From: an uncultured Verrucomicrobiae bacterium
GTDB lineage: Bacteria > Verrucomicrobiota > Verrucomicrobiia > Chthoniobacterales > UBA10450
Length of the DNA: 64,000 bases
Direction: 5' to 3'
NCBI GenBank assembly: GCA_963756875.1
Contig: CAVWPA010000003.1
Location: 1 to 64,000, forward strand
The notes beneath the pieces were generated by a model. That model saw nothing but the letters and a program-made list of their open reading frames with translations, did no database searches and had not been told where the DNA came from. This document shows positions 19,007-29,135 of the stretch, piece by piece (positions within the stretch are counted from its first letter, which is position 1; every line of letters begins with the position of its first letter). The translations under genes and the position numbers were made by a program.

Positions 19007-19259
19007 ACTTTTCCAGCTCTTCCTCGGTCAATTCCTGGTGCGGCTCGAGCGGCATCCGTCCGTGACGCCAAATATGCAGACTGAACGCGCCGATCCCGCC
19101 GAGGACCGACATCGCAGCGCCAAAGAGAAACCAGATGGCGACCGCCATGTGCTCGGTCGATTTGCCATCCTTGGCGCCGTAGCAAAAGGCGCAGCCCATC
19201 GCCTGGCCAAGGGGCGAGAAGATCGCCAACAACAGAATTGATAAGATTTTAGCTTTCAT
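18999..19259 (-). CDS. Small membrane protein with CxxC in the oxidase operon
   Basis: Signal-like N-terminus, GCAFCYG, one TM. Overlaps both neighbours. Confidence 0.7.
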   Translation of the reverse strand: MKAKILSILLLAIFSPLGQAMGCAFCYGAKDGKSTEHMAVAIWFLFGAAMSVLGGIGAFSLHIWRHGRMPLEPHQELTEEELEKYE

Positions 19260-19465
19260 ACGATGATGCGGAGCCGCTTCATTTTTCGATAGAACCAGAC
19301 GCCGTAAACGACGAGACCGACGGCACAGACAAAAGAGGCGATGGCTCCAGCCAGGAAAACCGGCGCCCCTTCCACCATGTCCACCCAGATGCACCAGGCC
19401 CCGCAACCGAGCGCCAGCAGCGTCGAGAAAACAATAAAAACGATATGGAAACCTTTTAGCGACAT
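19256..19465 (-). CDS. Small two-TM hypothetical protein in the oxidase operon
   Basis: MSLKGFHIVFI..., abutting subunit IV. Confidence 0.75.
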   Translation of the reverse strand: MSLKGFHIVFIVFSTLLALGCGAWCIWVDMVEGAPVFLAGAIASFVCAVGLVVYGVWFYRKMKRLRIIV

Positions 19466-19807
19466 TTAACGGTGGACCGGGTCATACCAGGCAAGAAACG
19501 TAAGCCAAAAAAGTCCAAGCACAAAAAAACCGGTGAAAATCAGGACGCGATAAACGAGACGTTTCTCCGCGGCGAGATGCATGAAAACAGTGGCGACCAG
19601 GCCGGCTTTTAACATCGCCAGCAGCATGGCAACGGCCACATTCGCCTTGCGCGTTCCAAAATCGACGTAGGAAAGCGCGACCGTCAGGGCGGTGAAGGTG
19701 AGCAGGAGTACGCCGACCACTAAATAGCCTTTCACGTGCTTTCGCACGTTATGCGCGTATTCCTCGTGCTCGGCCGGGTCCTGGGAAATATCGGGCGGGT
19801 TGTTCAT
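19466..19807 (-). CDS. coxD: Cytochrome c oxidase subunit IV family protein
   Basis: KAGLVATVFMHL motif, three TMs. Confidence 0.88.
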   Translation of the reverse strand: MNNPPDISQDPAEHEEYAHNVRKHVKGYLVVGVLLLTFTALTVALSYVDFGTRKANVAVAMLLAMLKAGLVATVFMHLAAEKRLVYRVLIFTGFFVLGLFWLTFLAWYDPVHR

Positions 19808-19810
19808 CTG

Positions 19811-20686
19811 TCAGAGTAGATAAAAGAGCGGAAAGACGAAAATCCAGATCAGATCGACAAAATGCCAAAAGAGGCCGGCGACCTCGACACGATTGGCAAG
19901 ATGCTCCGGGTTGCGTTGATAAAGTTTTTTACTGACCGGCAGCCACATGTAAATGAAGACCAGCACCCCGGCCAGAACGTGCAGGCCGTGCAATCCGGTA
20001 ATCGTGAAATAGCTGGCGAAGTAATCGCTGTGCGTCGGCAAAAACATGGTGGCCCGTTCCACGTCCGCTTTCTCGATTTTGGCGATTTTGTCCGTCGGCG
20101 GCCTGTAAAGAAAATGGGGCCGATCCATGGATGGGTTGTCCGGATACGCGTTCACCGGATCGAGCGCGATTTCGTATTCCTTGATGTTGGGATTTTTCAG
20201 GGCCTCGAGATTGTGAAGGTGGCCGGTAATCTCGATGCGCGGCGGAAGCCCTTTCTCCTCCAGGCGATGATTGCCCAGGTAGGGTTCGTATTTTTCCAGA
20301 GCGGCAGGTTTAATGTAAGCGCCGAAGTGCTCGAATTTTTGCGGCCATTCGTAAGCGAGTTTAACGGTCAGGAAGATGATGCCGCACAAAATGGTGGCCA
20401 GCATATACCACCAGTAAGCGCGGTACCGGCGCATTTTCAGCGCGGCCCAGGCCAGGACGACCGTGACCGAAGAGATGATCAGGATGGCGGTGTTCATGGC
20501 CCCGACAGGGACATTGAGCAGGCCGTGCGGCCACGTTCCCGGCGCCGCATCGAGCCGCAGAAAAATGTAAGCGGAGAAGAGACCGCCGAAGAGCATCACT
20601 TCCGAGGCAAGGAAGAGCCAGATGCCGATCTTGGCGTTCCAAAGACCTGTGTCCGGGCGCGTGGAAACTGTGTACGGTATTTCCAT
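19811..20686 (-). CDS. coxC: Cytochrome c oxidase subunit III (short type, with soluble insertion)
   Basis: GIWLFLASEVMLFGGLF, NTAILIISS, TGLHGLHV, FWHFVDLIW. Confidence 0.93.
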   Translation of the reverse strand: MEIPYTVSTRPDTGLWNAKIGIWLFLASEVMLFGGLFSAYIFLRLDAAPGTWPHGLLNVPVGAMNTAILIISSVTVVLAWAALKMRRYRAYWWYMLATILCGIIFLTVKLAYEWPQKFEHFGAYIKPAALEKYEPYLGNHRLEEKGLPPRIEITGHLHNLEALKNPNIKEYEIALDPVNAYPDNPSMDRPHFLYRPPTDKIAKIEKADVERATMFLPTHSDYFASYFTITGLHGLHVLAGVLVFIYMWLPVSKKLYQRNPEHLANRVEVAGLFWHFVDLIWIFVFPLFYLL

Positions 20687-20691
20687 TTGTC

Positions 20692-22572
20692 TCAGGAGGC
20701 CAGAACCGGTTCGGCGACTCTGTGAGGCCTGCGCTCGGACGGCTCTACCGGTTCGTTTTGCATCGTGAAATCGCGGTCCCGTCCCGGAAGGCTGTATTCA
20801 TATGGGCCGCGATAGGCGACCGGCGTCGTGACGAAATTCCCGTGCGGCGGCGGAGAGGGCGCGGTCCACTCGAGCGTGGTGGCTTCCCACGGGTTATCGT
20901 TCACTTTCTTGCCGTGTTTGATGCTCCAGAAGAAATTGATGATGAACGGAATCTGCGCCAGGCCCATGGTCCATGCAGCCCACGAGATTGGCGTATTCCA
21001 TTGGAACCCGCTCAACCCCCAGACGTGCTCGCCGGCAAGCGTCCAGCCCTGGCCTCCATCGTACCAACGGCGGTGCATGCCGAGCATTCCCTGCAAGAAC
21101 ATGGGCAGAAAGATCACGTTCATGCAGATGAGCGAAGGCCAGAAATGCACCTTGCCCCAGAACTCGCTCATCATGCGGCCAGTCGCCTTCGGGAACCAAT
21201 AATAAATCCCCGCGAAAAGCGCGAAGATGGTGCCCGGCGCGACGATATAGTGGAAGTGCGCGATCACGTAGTAGGTGTCGTGGAGATATAAATCGGCCGA
21301 ATTAAACGCGAGCGGGATTCCGGTCAGCCCGCCAATTCCGAACATTGGCAGGAAGGCGGTGGCGAACAGCATCGGCACATTGAAACGAATCGAGCCGCCC
21401 CAGAGCGAAATGAAAAACGCGCTTAGAATGATGACCGACGGAATGGAGATCAGCAGGGTGGTGGTTTGGAAAAACGCGCTGACAGTCGAACCCATCCCGG
21501 TGAGCCACATGTGGTGCGCCCAGACGACGAATGAGAGGAACCCGATCGTGAGCACGGAAAAAACGAGGGACTTGTAACCCCAAAGCGGCTTGCGCGAATT
21601 GTTGGCCAGGATTTCGGCGACGATCCCCATGGCAGGCAGGATGAGCACGTAAACTTCCGGATGTCCGAGGAACCAAAAGAGGTGCTGCCAGAGGATCGGG
21701 CTGCCGCCTCCACTGATGTTGAGCGGCGTTCCATTTACCACCAGACCGCTGGGCAGGAAAAAGCTGGTGCCGGCGACTCGATCCATGATCTGCATGACGA
21801 TTGCGGATTCCAGCGGCGGGAAAGCCAGCAGGAGCAGGAACGCCGTGACGAATTGCGTCCAGACGAAAAACGGCAGCCGCATCCAGGTCAACCCCTTGGC
21901 GCGCAGTTGAATGATTGTGGTAATGAAATTGACCGCGCCGAGCAGCGATGAGCTGATCAGAAAAATAAAGCCGATAAGCCAGAGCGTGGTGCCGTTGAGA
22001 ACTGGAATGAACCCCGGGCCTTTGTCAGCAATCGCGGCCAGAGGCGTGTAGGAAGTCCAACCGCTTTTTGCCGCGCCGCCCGGAACAAAGAAGCTCGAGA
22101 GCATGATCACTCCGCCGACGGCAAAAGCCCAGAAACTGGCCGCGTTTACTTTCGGAAAAGTCATGTCGGGCGCGCCGATTTGCAGGGGAACGACGAAGTT
22201 GCCGAAAGCCGCGAAGGCGACCGGCACGATACCCAGAAAGATCATGATCGTGCCGTGCATGGCACCCAGCGAATTATAAAACTCGGACGTCATTTTCCCG
22301 TCCGGCATGGTGTTCGGCCCAAAGACATGGCCGAGCAGGTTTCCGATCACTGGCAGGGACTCGCCCGGATAGGCCAGTTGCCAGCGCATCAACATCATCA
22401 GGCTGAACCCTAAGAAAAGGAATATCAGGCCGCAGAGGCCGTATTGAATGCCAATTACCTTGTGGTCGGTCGAAAAAATGTATTTCCGCCAAAAACCGAG
22501 CTCATGATGTTCGTGACCGGCGTCGTGTGTGTGAGGATCGTGATCGGTCGCAAGAGAAGCGGAGGCATCCAT
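20692..22572 (-). CDS. coxA: Cytochrome c oxidase subunit I, A1-type, catalytic ligands intact
   Basis: STDHK, MHGTIM, GHPEVY, WAHHM, HDTYYVIAHFHY. Confidence 0.96.
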   Translation of the reverse strand: MDASASLATDHDPHTHDAGHEHHELGFWRKYIFSTDHKVIGIQYGLCGLIFLFLGFSLMMLMRWQLAYPGESLPVIGNLLGHVFGPNTMPDGKMTSEFYNSLGAMHGTIMIFLGIVPVAFAAFGNFVVPLQIGAPDMTFPKVNAASFWAFAVGGVIMLSSFFVPGGAAKSGWTSYTPLAAIADKGPGFIPVLNGTTLWLIGFIFLISSSLLGAVNFITTIIQLRAKGLTWMRLPFFVWTQFVTAFLLLLAFPPLESAIVMQIMDRVAGTSFFLPSGLVVNGTPLNISGGGSPILWQHLFWFLGHPEVYVLILPAMGIVAEILANNSRKPLWGYKSLVFSVLTIGFLSFVVWAHHMWLTGMGSTVSAFFQTTTLLISIPSVIILSAFFISLWGGSIRFNVPMLFATAFLPMFGIGGLTGIPLAFNSADLYLHDTYYVIAHFHYIVAPGTIFALFAGIYYWFPKATGRMMSEFWGKVHFWPSLICMNVIFLPMFLQGMLGMHRRWYDGGQGWTLAGEHVWGLSGFQWNTPISWAAWTMGLAQIPFIINFFWSIKHGKKVNDNPWEATTLEWTAPSPPPHGNFVTTPVAYRGPYEYSLPGRDRDFTMQNEPVEPSERRPHRVAEPVLAS

Positions 22573-22709
22573 TTCAGTAAAAATTAGGCTGCTAATATCG
22601 AAAGAGAAAGACGCATTGCAAAGTCTGAAATCGATAAAAATCTCGACCTTGATCCGCAGTTGCTCTGGACAGCGCTTATCATCAGTGGATCAAAAAGTTT
22701 TCGATTCAG

Positions 22710-23414
22710 CTATTTCGGGACGGAAGTTGCCTGCTCGCTCCACCACCTCGATAAGCGACCTTCCGGGATCCTCGGGATCGCCCTGCCAGCCAAATCGTAG
22801 TGCGAAGTGTCGTTGAACAAAGTCAGCCGCGCCTGGGTTGCGTCTTTGAAATCGACGATGTTTAGCGCAGCCGGTTTTTGATCGAGATTATCGCGATATC
22901 GCCGCGGATCGAAGCCAAGCAGCGAACTGAGCAAGAGCCGGATCGTGGCCTTGTGCGACACCACCAAAATGCATTTTCCGCAATGTTCGCGCACCAGATC
23001 GATGAGCACCGGAAGTGCGCGCGCTGTCACGGCAAGGCCGCTTTCGCCACCGGCCGGCGCAAAAGTATATGGATCCTTCTCCCACTCCGCAGCTTCCTCC
23101 GGAAATTTTTCATCCACTTCGCGCCGGGTCATCTGTTCCCAGTGACCATGTGAGATTTCGCGCAATCCGTCGCGCGTCCGAACCTCGAGTTTGTGTGGAG
23201 CAGCGAGAATTTGCGCGGTCTCCACCGTACGACTCAGTGGCGAGGCATAAATGGCGACAACCTTTTCGGCGCTCAGCCGTTCCGCCAGTCGCCGTGTCTG
23301 TTCGCGGCCTTCCTCGGACAACGCCACGTCGGTCACACCAGCGAAGCGGTCTTCTCCGCTCAACACGGTCGCGCCATGCCGAACCATGAAAACACGCGTC
23401 GTTGCCGAGCTCAT
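22710..23414 (-). CDS. Histidine phosphatase (phosphoglycerate mutase) family protein
   Basis: VRHG, ASPLSR, GGES, VVSH, FNDTSH. Confidence 0.9.
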   Translation of the reverse strand: MSSATTRVFMVRHGATVLSGEDRFAGVTDVALSEEGREQTRRLAERLSAEKVVAIYASPLSRTVETAQILAAPHKLEVRTRDGLREISHGHWEQMTRREVDEKFPEEAAEWEKDPYTFAPAGGESGLAVTARALPVLIDLVREHCGKCILVVSHKATIRLLLSSLLGFDPRRYRDNLDQKPAALNIVDFKDATQARLTLFNDTSHYDLAGRAIPRIPEGRLSRWWSEQATSVPK

Positions 23415-23519
23415 ACGAATCGTTTGCTCATCGTGTAAATTTTGCCAAAGGCAATCGTTGCCTGGCCTCTCTAACAAGTTATAAAACCCCGTTTAAGCCC
23501 CGCCAGCCGGACAACCCCC

Positions 23520-24503
23520 TCAGCGGTCGTCGCGCGGAAGCGTCGGCCCAATCGCGTAAAAGAAAATGGGAATCAGTGTCGCGGCGACAGCCGCCGCAAT
23601 CGTGAAAATATTGATATAGAGACCGGCCGCTCGACCGCTGAAAGTTCTCGAGAGTCCGAAAATTGCGAACAGTACCAAGGCACCGATCGCTATCGCCTCG
23701 CAGACAAGAAAGCGGACCAGCTTGCGTCTCGATTTTCCCGGGTAGAATGGACCCGGATCTGACAACTCGAACTCGATTTGCTCGGCCGCGGAAACGTCGG
23801 CCGCAGCGCGAATCGAAACCGGAGCCACCGGAGGGGCCGGGCGTTGGGATGAAGGTTGGATCCCGGTCGCGGCTGGACGCGGTGCTGAAACCTGCACCGC
23901 ATGATTTGGCACCTTGTTGACTTTCACCGGTTGAACAGGATCTCGCGACCGGGGAAGTTCGCGCTTTTGAGGCACGCCATTCAACGGGTTCGCCAGAGGA
24001 ACTTCTTTCTTGTCCGCGGGCCCTTGCTCCGGCGCGACCAGATGCGTGTTGTAGCGAACCTTACGCTTCAAATGGACTGCTGCGGGGATATTCGTGCGAG
24101 CCGGTTCCCTTTTCACCATGGGTGGAAGCGGGGTAACCGAGCGCGGCATTTCGCGCGTTCCCTGCGGCGGAGTTTGCGAAACAGTTGGTCGTTTTTCCAG
24201 CTTGGCCTCCGGCGGAGCCGGGATCAGTTTGCGCTCGCGCGGCGCCTCCGCTCGCGGAACTGGCGACTCCGGTGGACTCTGCGAAACGGTCCGTCGTTCT
24301 TCCGGCTTTGCCTCTGGCAGAGGAGAAACCTTTTCGCGCCGGGCTTCCGATCCCGGAGCCGGCGGCTCCGGAATGGGTTCGCTGTGCGGCCCGGGCCTCG
24401 CGGCCGACGAAGGTAATATTTTCTCGCCCGGCTTCTTCGAACAACGAACCGTCCGGACGAAATAATCGGGGAAACTGTAGGATTCTTCCGGGATGAGTGA
24501 CAT
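23520..24503 (-). CDS. Pro-rich hypothetical protein with two C-terminal TMs
   Basis: Low-complexity Pro/Glu/Arg region followed by two hydrophobic helices. Confidence 0.6.
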   Translation of the reverse strand: MSLIPEESYSFPDYFVRTVRCSKKPGEKILPSSAARPGPHSEPIPEPPAPGSEARREKVSPLPEAKPEERRTVSQSPPESPVPRAEAPRERKLIPAPPEAKLEKRPTVSQTPPQGTREMPRSVTPLPPMVKREPARTNIPAAVHLKRKVRYNTHLVAPEQGPADKKEVPLANPLNGVPQKRELPRSRDPVQPVKVNKVPNHAVQVSAPRPAATGIQPSSQRPAPPVAPVSIRAAADVSAAEQIEFELSDPGPFYPGKSRRKLVRFLVCEAIAIGALVLFAIFGLSRTFSGRAAGLYINIFTIAAAVAATLIPIFFYAIGPTLPRDDR

Positions 24504-24628
24504 TGCTACTAGTACCAATAAGGATTATCGATTGGCGGTCGTTTCGTCAACGAAAAGACCTGTAAAATGCGTGTCGGAAATCGCCCGGCACGCGTGAGAA
24601 AGTTCCGCTCGCGAGTACATTTGGCCGC

Positions 24629-25687
24629 GTGGAACAGGATTCCAAAGCGCGAACCATTGCGCACCTCGATATGGATTGCTTTTACGCGGCCATCGAGGTG
24701 CGCGATCGACCCGAGTTACGCGGCAAACCTGTTGCCGTCGGCGGCGCGCGGGAACGTCGCGGAGTTCTGACCACCTGCAACTACGAAGCGCGCAAATTCG
24801 GTGTGCATTCCGCCATGCCCACTTTCATGGCGCTTCAGCGTTGTCCCAGTCTCATCGTCCTCCCGACGCGATTCGATGTTTACCGGCGCGAAGCCGCGGT
24901 CATCCGGGAAATCCTGCGCCGCTTTACGCCGCTGGTGGAACCACTCTCCCTTGACGAAGCATATCTCGATCTGACAGCCCATCCGGGCGCCCCCGGCCCG
25001 CTGGTCGAGGTCATCCGCAATTTGATCTTTCAGAAGACGAAATTGACCTCATCGGCCGGAATCGGGCCTAACAAGTTGATTGCAAAGATTGCCAGCGAAA
25101 TAAACAAGCCGAACGGCCAGCTCGAGGTGAAGCCGGAACAGGTCGCCGAGTTCATGGAGAAGCTGCCAGTGCGAAAAATCTGGGGAATCGGCGAAAAAAC
25201 CGAGAAGAAGCTGGAGGAGCTCGGCGTGAAAACCTGCGGCGATTTGCAACGCTTCACCCGCCCCAAGCTCGTCGATCTTTTCGGGAAATTCGGCCTGGAG
25301 CTGTACGACCTTTGTCGTGGGATCGACGATCGCCAGGTCGAGCCGGACCGCCCGCGCAAGTCGCTGAGCACGGAGGAAACTTTCTCGATCGATCTGGAGA
25401 CAATCGAGCAATGCGAAGAGCGGCTGGAAGAATTGTTTGGCGAATTAATGGCCGACCTGGCGCAAAAGGAAGCGGCGCGCTCCGTCAGGAAAATTTTCGT
25501 GAAATTGAAGTTCGCCGATTTTACGCGAACAACCGCGGAACGGGCGGGCCTCGAACCTTCACTTGGTGCCTTTCGCTCGCTGCTGAGGGAAGCGTTTGCG
25601 CGCACCGGCAAAAAGGTGCGATTGATCGGGCTCGGCGTTCGGTTGGCTGAAACCGCGCGGGCGGATGCGCAGATACCGTTGTTTTAG
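24629..25687 (+). CDS. dinB: DNA polymerase IV
   Basis: HLDMDCFYAAIE, NYEARKFGVHSAM, SLDEAYLD, NKLIAKIAS..NKPNG, WGIG. Confidence 0.95.
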   Translation: MEQDSKARTIAHLDMDCFYAAIEVRDRPELRGKPVAVGGARERRGVLTTCNYEARKFGVHSAMPTFMALQRCPSLIVLPTRFDVYRREAAVIREILRRFTPLVEPLSLDEAYLDLTAHPGAPGPLVEVIRNLIFQKTKLTSSAGIGPNKLIAKIASEINKPNGQLEVKPEQVAEFMEKLPVRKIWGIGEKTEKKLEELGVKTCGDLQRFTRPKLVDLFGKFGLELYDLCRGIDDRQVEPDRPRKSLSTEETFSIDLETIEQCEERLEELFGELMADLAQKEAARSVRKIFVKLKFADFTRTTAERAGLEPSLGAFRSLLREAFARTGKKVRLIGLGVRLAETARADAQIPLF

Positions 25688-26022
25688 GGCCGGTTCAAAA
25701 ACAACCAGGCGACCAGTGCGAGCGTGCCGACCAAAGCCAGAATGAACAGGATCTGGCGTTTCGTAATCAGCGAGCCGGAGGACTCCGCCGTGGGAAGCGT
25801 TACCTCACCGTTATTTTCAATCACGCTCATCACATCGTCGCAGAGTTTTCGGACGTTTTCGTTTTGTCCGGCCAACTCCTGGCCATTGACGATGATCTTT
25901 CTGCCGACCACGCCGCTCGCAATTGACTTATCCATAGCGGCGCGAACTTCAGGCGGCAGCTGGCCCGGATCGGAATACTCCTCTCCCTTGTACCGGATTT
26001 TCGTCTTGATGTTGACGTTCAT
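25684..26022 (-). CDS. Hypothetical protein with C-terminal TM
   Basis: MNVNIKTKIRYKGEEYSDPGQLPPEVR... The longer ORF-track version overlaps the oxidoreductase and is unlikely. Confidence 0.65.
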   Translation of the reverse strand: MNVNIKTKIRYKGEEYSDPGQLPPEVRAAMDKSIASGVVGRKIIVNGQELAGQNENVRKLCDDVMSVIENNGEVTLPTAESSGSLITKRQILFILALVGTLALVAWLFLNRP

Positions 26023-26130
26023 CGCTTTGCTCCAATCAAAGCATTGGAAAGCATTTCGTCTGCCATTCGGAGCCGGCACGCCGCGGGTGTTCTTGTAATT
26101 CACGGAACGCGGCCAATCTTTGGAAAGGAA

Positions 26131-29103
26131 ATGACCTCCCACCAGGAAAAGAGAATTGCGGGCGCCGGCTGCGAGGTGCGGTTTGATAATCTGACCCGCC
26201 AACTCTATGCGACCGATGCATCGATCTACCAGATCGAGCCTGCCGGCGTCGCCTTTCCGCGCAACGCTCAGCAGGCCAGCGCCGTCATCAGAGCGGCGGC
26301 AGACGAAAATGTTTCCATCACCCCGCGCGGCGCGGGCACCAGCCTTGTTGGCAACGCCATTGGCGAAGGATTGATCGTCGATTTCTCGCGGCACAACCGC
26401 CAGATTGGCGGTCTCGACCTCGACAATCGCACGATCCGCGTCGGCGCAGGCGTGGTGCTCGACCAGCTCAATGGCTTTCTCAAACCGCACGGGTTTTGTT
26501 TCGGTCCGGACGTAGCTACCAGCGCACGCGCCACGTTGGGCGGAATGATCGCGAATAATTCTTCCGGTGCGCGGGTACCTGTTTACGGAACGACCGCCGA
26601 CCACGTTGTTTCGACCGAAATTGTCCTGGCGGACGGACGAATCATCCATGTCGGTCCGGGACACGAGACACTGAACGATGAGCGCAATAGGATCAGTGAC
26701 CTCGTTCGAGCGAACACGGATGAAATGGCGAAGCGCTGGCCGCCTGGTCTGCTCAAACGCTGGCCCGGTTACGGAATCGAACGGTTTTCGCGCGCCGCAA
26801 ACAATCTCAATGAGATCTTGGCCGGCAGCGAAGGAACGCTTGCCGCGATTTTTTCGGCACAGCTGAAAATCTCTCCCATCCCACGGGAAAAAGGAGTTGG
26901 TCTGCTTTTCTTCGCATCCGTCGCGGATGCGATGCAGGCAACGGTAGAGCTTTTAGATCTGAAGCCCGCCGCGATCGAACACATCGACCGGCCGTTGTTC
27001 GATCAAACGAAAAGCCAGCTCCATTTTCAGCCAGCGCGCGATTTACTCGAGCTCGATTCCAAACCGTGCGAGGCGATCCTGATCGTCGAGTTCTACGACG
27101 AGGTCGCGGAACGATTGTCAATCCTGCAATCGCGGAAGCTCGGTTTGCGCACGAGGGTTTGCCGCGACGAGGGCGAGATGAATCTTGTTTGGTCGGTGCG
27201 GAAGGCTGGCCTCTCGCTGGTGACCGGTCGCGTCGGCGCGGCCAAGCCGGTGGCGTTCATCGAGGATGCGGCGGTTCGTCCGGCGCAATTACCGGAATAC
27301 GTGCGGGGCTTGCAATCGATCATGCGGCCGCTTGGACTCGAAGCGAGTTACTATGGACACGCCGCCTCCGGCTTGTTGCACGTGAGGCCCGTTCTCGATC
27401 TGCATAATGCCGCGGACCTGAAAAAGTTCCGGCAGGTCGCGGATCAAACTTCGGCACTCGTGAGACAGTTCAAAGGCTCGCTTTCTGCCGAGCATGGCGT
27501 CGGCATGGCACGCGCCGAGTACATGCGCGAACAACTTGGCGATCGATTGCTCGACGTCATGCGTGAAATCAAGCGGGCATTCGATCCAAGGGGCGTTTTT
27601 AATCCCGGCAAGATCTTCGAGGATGGCCGGCACAAAATCGACAATTTCCTGCGCGATAATTTCACGCGACCGATCGAACTGCCGTTTGCGCCCCGGCTTG
27701 CGTTTGCGTTTAAAGACCGCTCCTTCGTCGGGAATCTCGAGCAATGCAATGGCTGCGGCGGCTGCCGCAAAGAGACGCCGATCATGTGCCCCACGTTCAT
27801 GGCCACGGGCGACGAAATCATGTCCACGCGCGGTCGTGCCAACATCATCCGCGCCGCATTGCAGCTGCGGGCAAATGGACGGGGTTTTCCGGCTGAGGCC
27901 GCGGACCCTCACGACCGTGCTGCAACACGCGCGCCCCTCCCTCAGGGGGAGGGTACAGTGAGAGCATCTGGCGGTTTTACGTTCGGGCAAGATCCCCTAA
28001 AATCGGCGGAGCTCGATGCGGCCCTGAGCAATTGTCTCTCCTGCAAGGGCTGCACGCCGGAGTGCCCGTCGAACGTGAATCTGGCGCTGCTCAAGGCGGA
28101 AATGCTTTACGCGCGCCATCGGCGTGACGGATTACCCTTGCGTGAGCGGATCTTTAGCAATCCGGATTTGTTAGGCCGCTTGGGCTGCGCGCTGCCCTCC
28201 GCTGCCAATGCGCTTCTCGATTTTCGGCCGGTCCGCCAATTGATGGAACAGATGCTCGGCATTTCGGCGAAGCGATCGCTGCCGCATTATGCGAGGGAGC
28301 GGTTTGATAAGTGGTTTCAAAGAAGGATTCGTCGGCTCGACGGAGTCTCGCCCCACCGGCAAAAGGGGAAGGTTATTCTTTGGGACGATACGTTTGTTCG
28401 TTATCACGAGCCGCACATCGGGATCGCGGCAACGAAGGTGCTCGAAGCATTTGGCTTTGAAGTTTCGTTGCTTCGCAACCGAAAATGTTGCGGACGGCCC
28501 GCGTTTAGCCAGGGGAATCTCGACACCGCGGCAAAGTCCGCGCAACACAATGTCGGCCTTCTGTCATCATTCCAATACTCCAATACTCCGATTATTTTCC
28601 TCGAGCCGTCGTGCTGGTCGATGTTCGTGGAAGATTATCGCGAATTAAAAATCGATGGCGCGGAAAAAATTGCGCCGCGTTGTTTTCTCTTCGAGAAATT
28701 TGTCGATGATTTGCTGGCGCGCGAGCCGGACGCGCTGCGATTCAAAAAGGGTGAAGTCCGGGGAAATCCCGGCGAGCCGAACATCGCGATCCATGCACAT
28801 TGCCACACCAAATCGATCACGAACCCGGAATTCATGGCGCGACTGGTCGAGCGTTTGCCAGGACGAAATGCGAAGTTGCTCGAAACCGGTTGCTGCGGAA
28901 TGGCTGGCGCCTTCGGTGCGCTGGCGGAAAAATACGATCTTTCAGTTCAAGTTGGCGCTGATTTGCTCGGCAAAATCAACAAGCAACCGGCTGGAACTGA
29001 AATCGTCGCGTCGGGAACGAGTTGCCGGCACCAGATTGCCGACCTCGCGCAGAGGCACGCGAAGCACATGGCCGAAGTGATCGCGGAAGCGATCGCGGAT
29101 TGA
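26131..29103 (+). CDS. FAD-binding/Fe-S oxidoreductase (GlcD-GlcF / D-lactate dehydrogenase-like fusion)
   Basis: YATDASIY, RGAGTSL, SAEHGVG, CNGCGGC, CLSCKGC..ECP, CCG domains. Confidence 0.92.
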   Translation: MTSHQEKRIAGAGCEVRFDNLTRQLYATDASIYQIEPAGVAFPRNAQQASAVIRAAADENVSITPRGAGTSLVGNAIGEGLIVDFSRHNRQIGGLDLDNRTIRVGAGVVLDQLNGFLKPHGFCFGPDVATSARATLGGMIANNSSGARVPVYGTTADHVVSTEIVLADGRIIHVGPGHETLNDERNRISDLVRANTDEMAKRWPPGLLKRWPGYGIERFSRAANNLNEILAGSEGTLAAIFSAQLKISPIPREKGVGLLFFASVADAMQATVELLDLKPAAIEHIDRPLFDQTKSQLHFQPARDLLELDSKPCEAILIVEFYDEVAERLSILQSRKLGLRTRVCRDEGEMNLVWSVRKAGLSLVTGRVGAAKPVAFIEDAAVRPAQLPEYVRGLQSIMRPLGLEASYYGHAASGLLHVRPVLDLHNAADLKKFRQVADQTSALVRQFKGSLSAEHGVGMARAEYMREQLGDRLLDVMREIKRAFDPRGVFNPGKIFEDGRHKIDNFLRDNFTRPIELPFAPRLAFAFKDRSFVGNLEQCNGCGGCRKETPIMCPTFMATGDEIMSTRGRANIIRAALQLRANGRGFPAEAADPHDRAATRAPLPQGEGTVRASGGFTFGQDPLKSAELDAALSNCLSCKGCTPECPSNVNLALLKAEMLYARHRRDGLPLRERIFSNPDLLGRLGCALPSAANALLDFRPVRQLMEQMLGISAKRSLPHYARERFDKWFQRRIRRLDGVSPHRQKGKVILWDDTFVRYHEPHIGIAATKVLEAFGFEVSLLRNRKCCGRPAFSQGNLDTAAKSAQHNVGLLSSFQYSNTPIIFLEPSCWSMFVEDYRELKIDGAEKIAPRCFLFEKFVDDLLAREPDALRFKKGEVRGNPGEPNIAIHAHCHTKSITNPEFMARLVERLPGRNAKLLETGCCGMAGAFGALAEKYDLSVQVGADLLGKINKQPAGTEIVASGTSCRHQIADLAQRHAKHMAEVIAEAIAD

Positions 29104-29135
29104 TTTTGTTCGAGGAGCCTGCAGCGACGGGCGCT

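Noticed and set aside
24629..25687. imuABC-type mutagenesis cassette
   Set aside because: The protein has intact Pol IV catalytic motifs and no imuA or dnaE2 neighbours.
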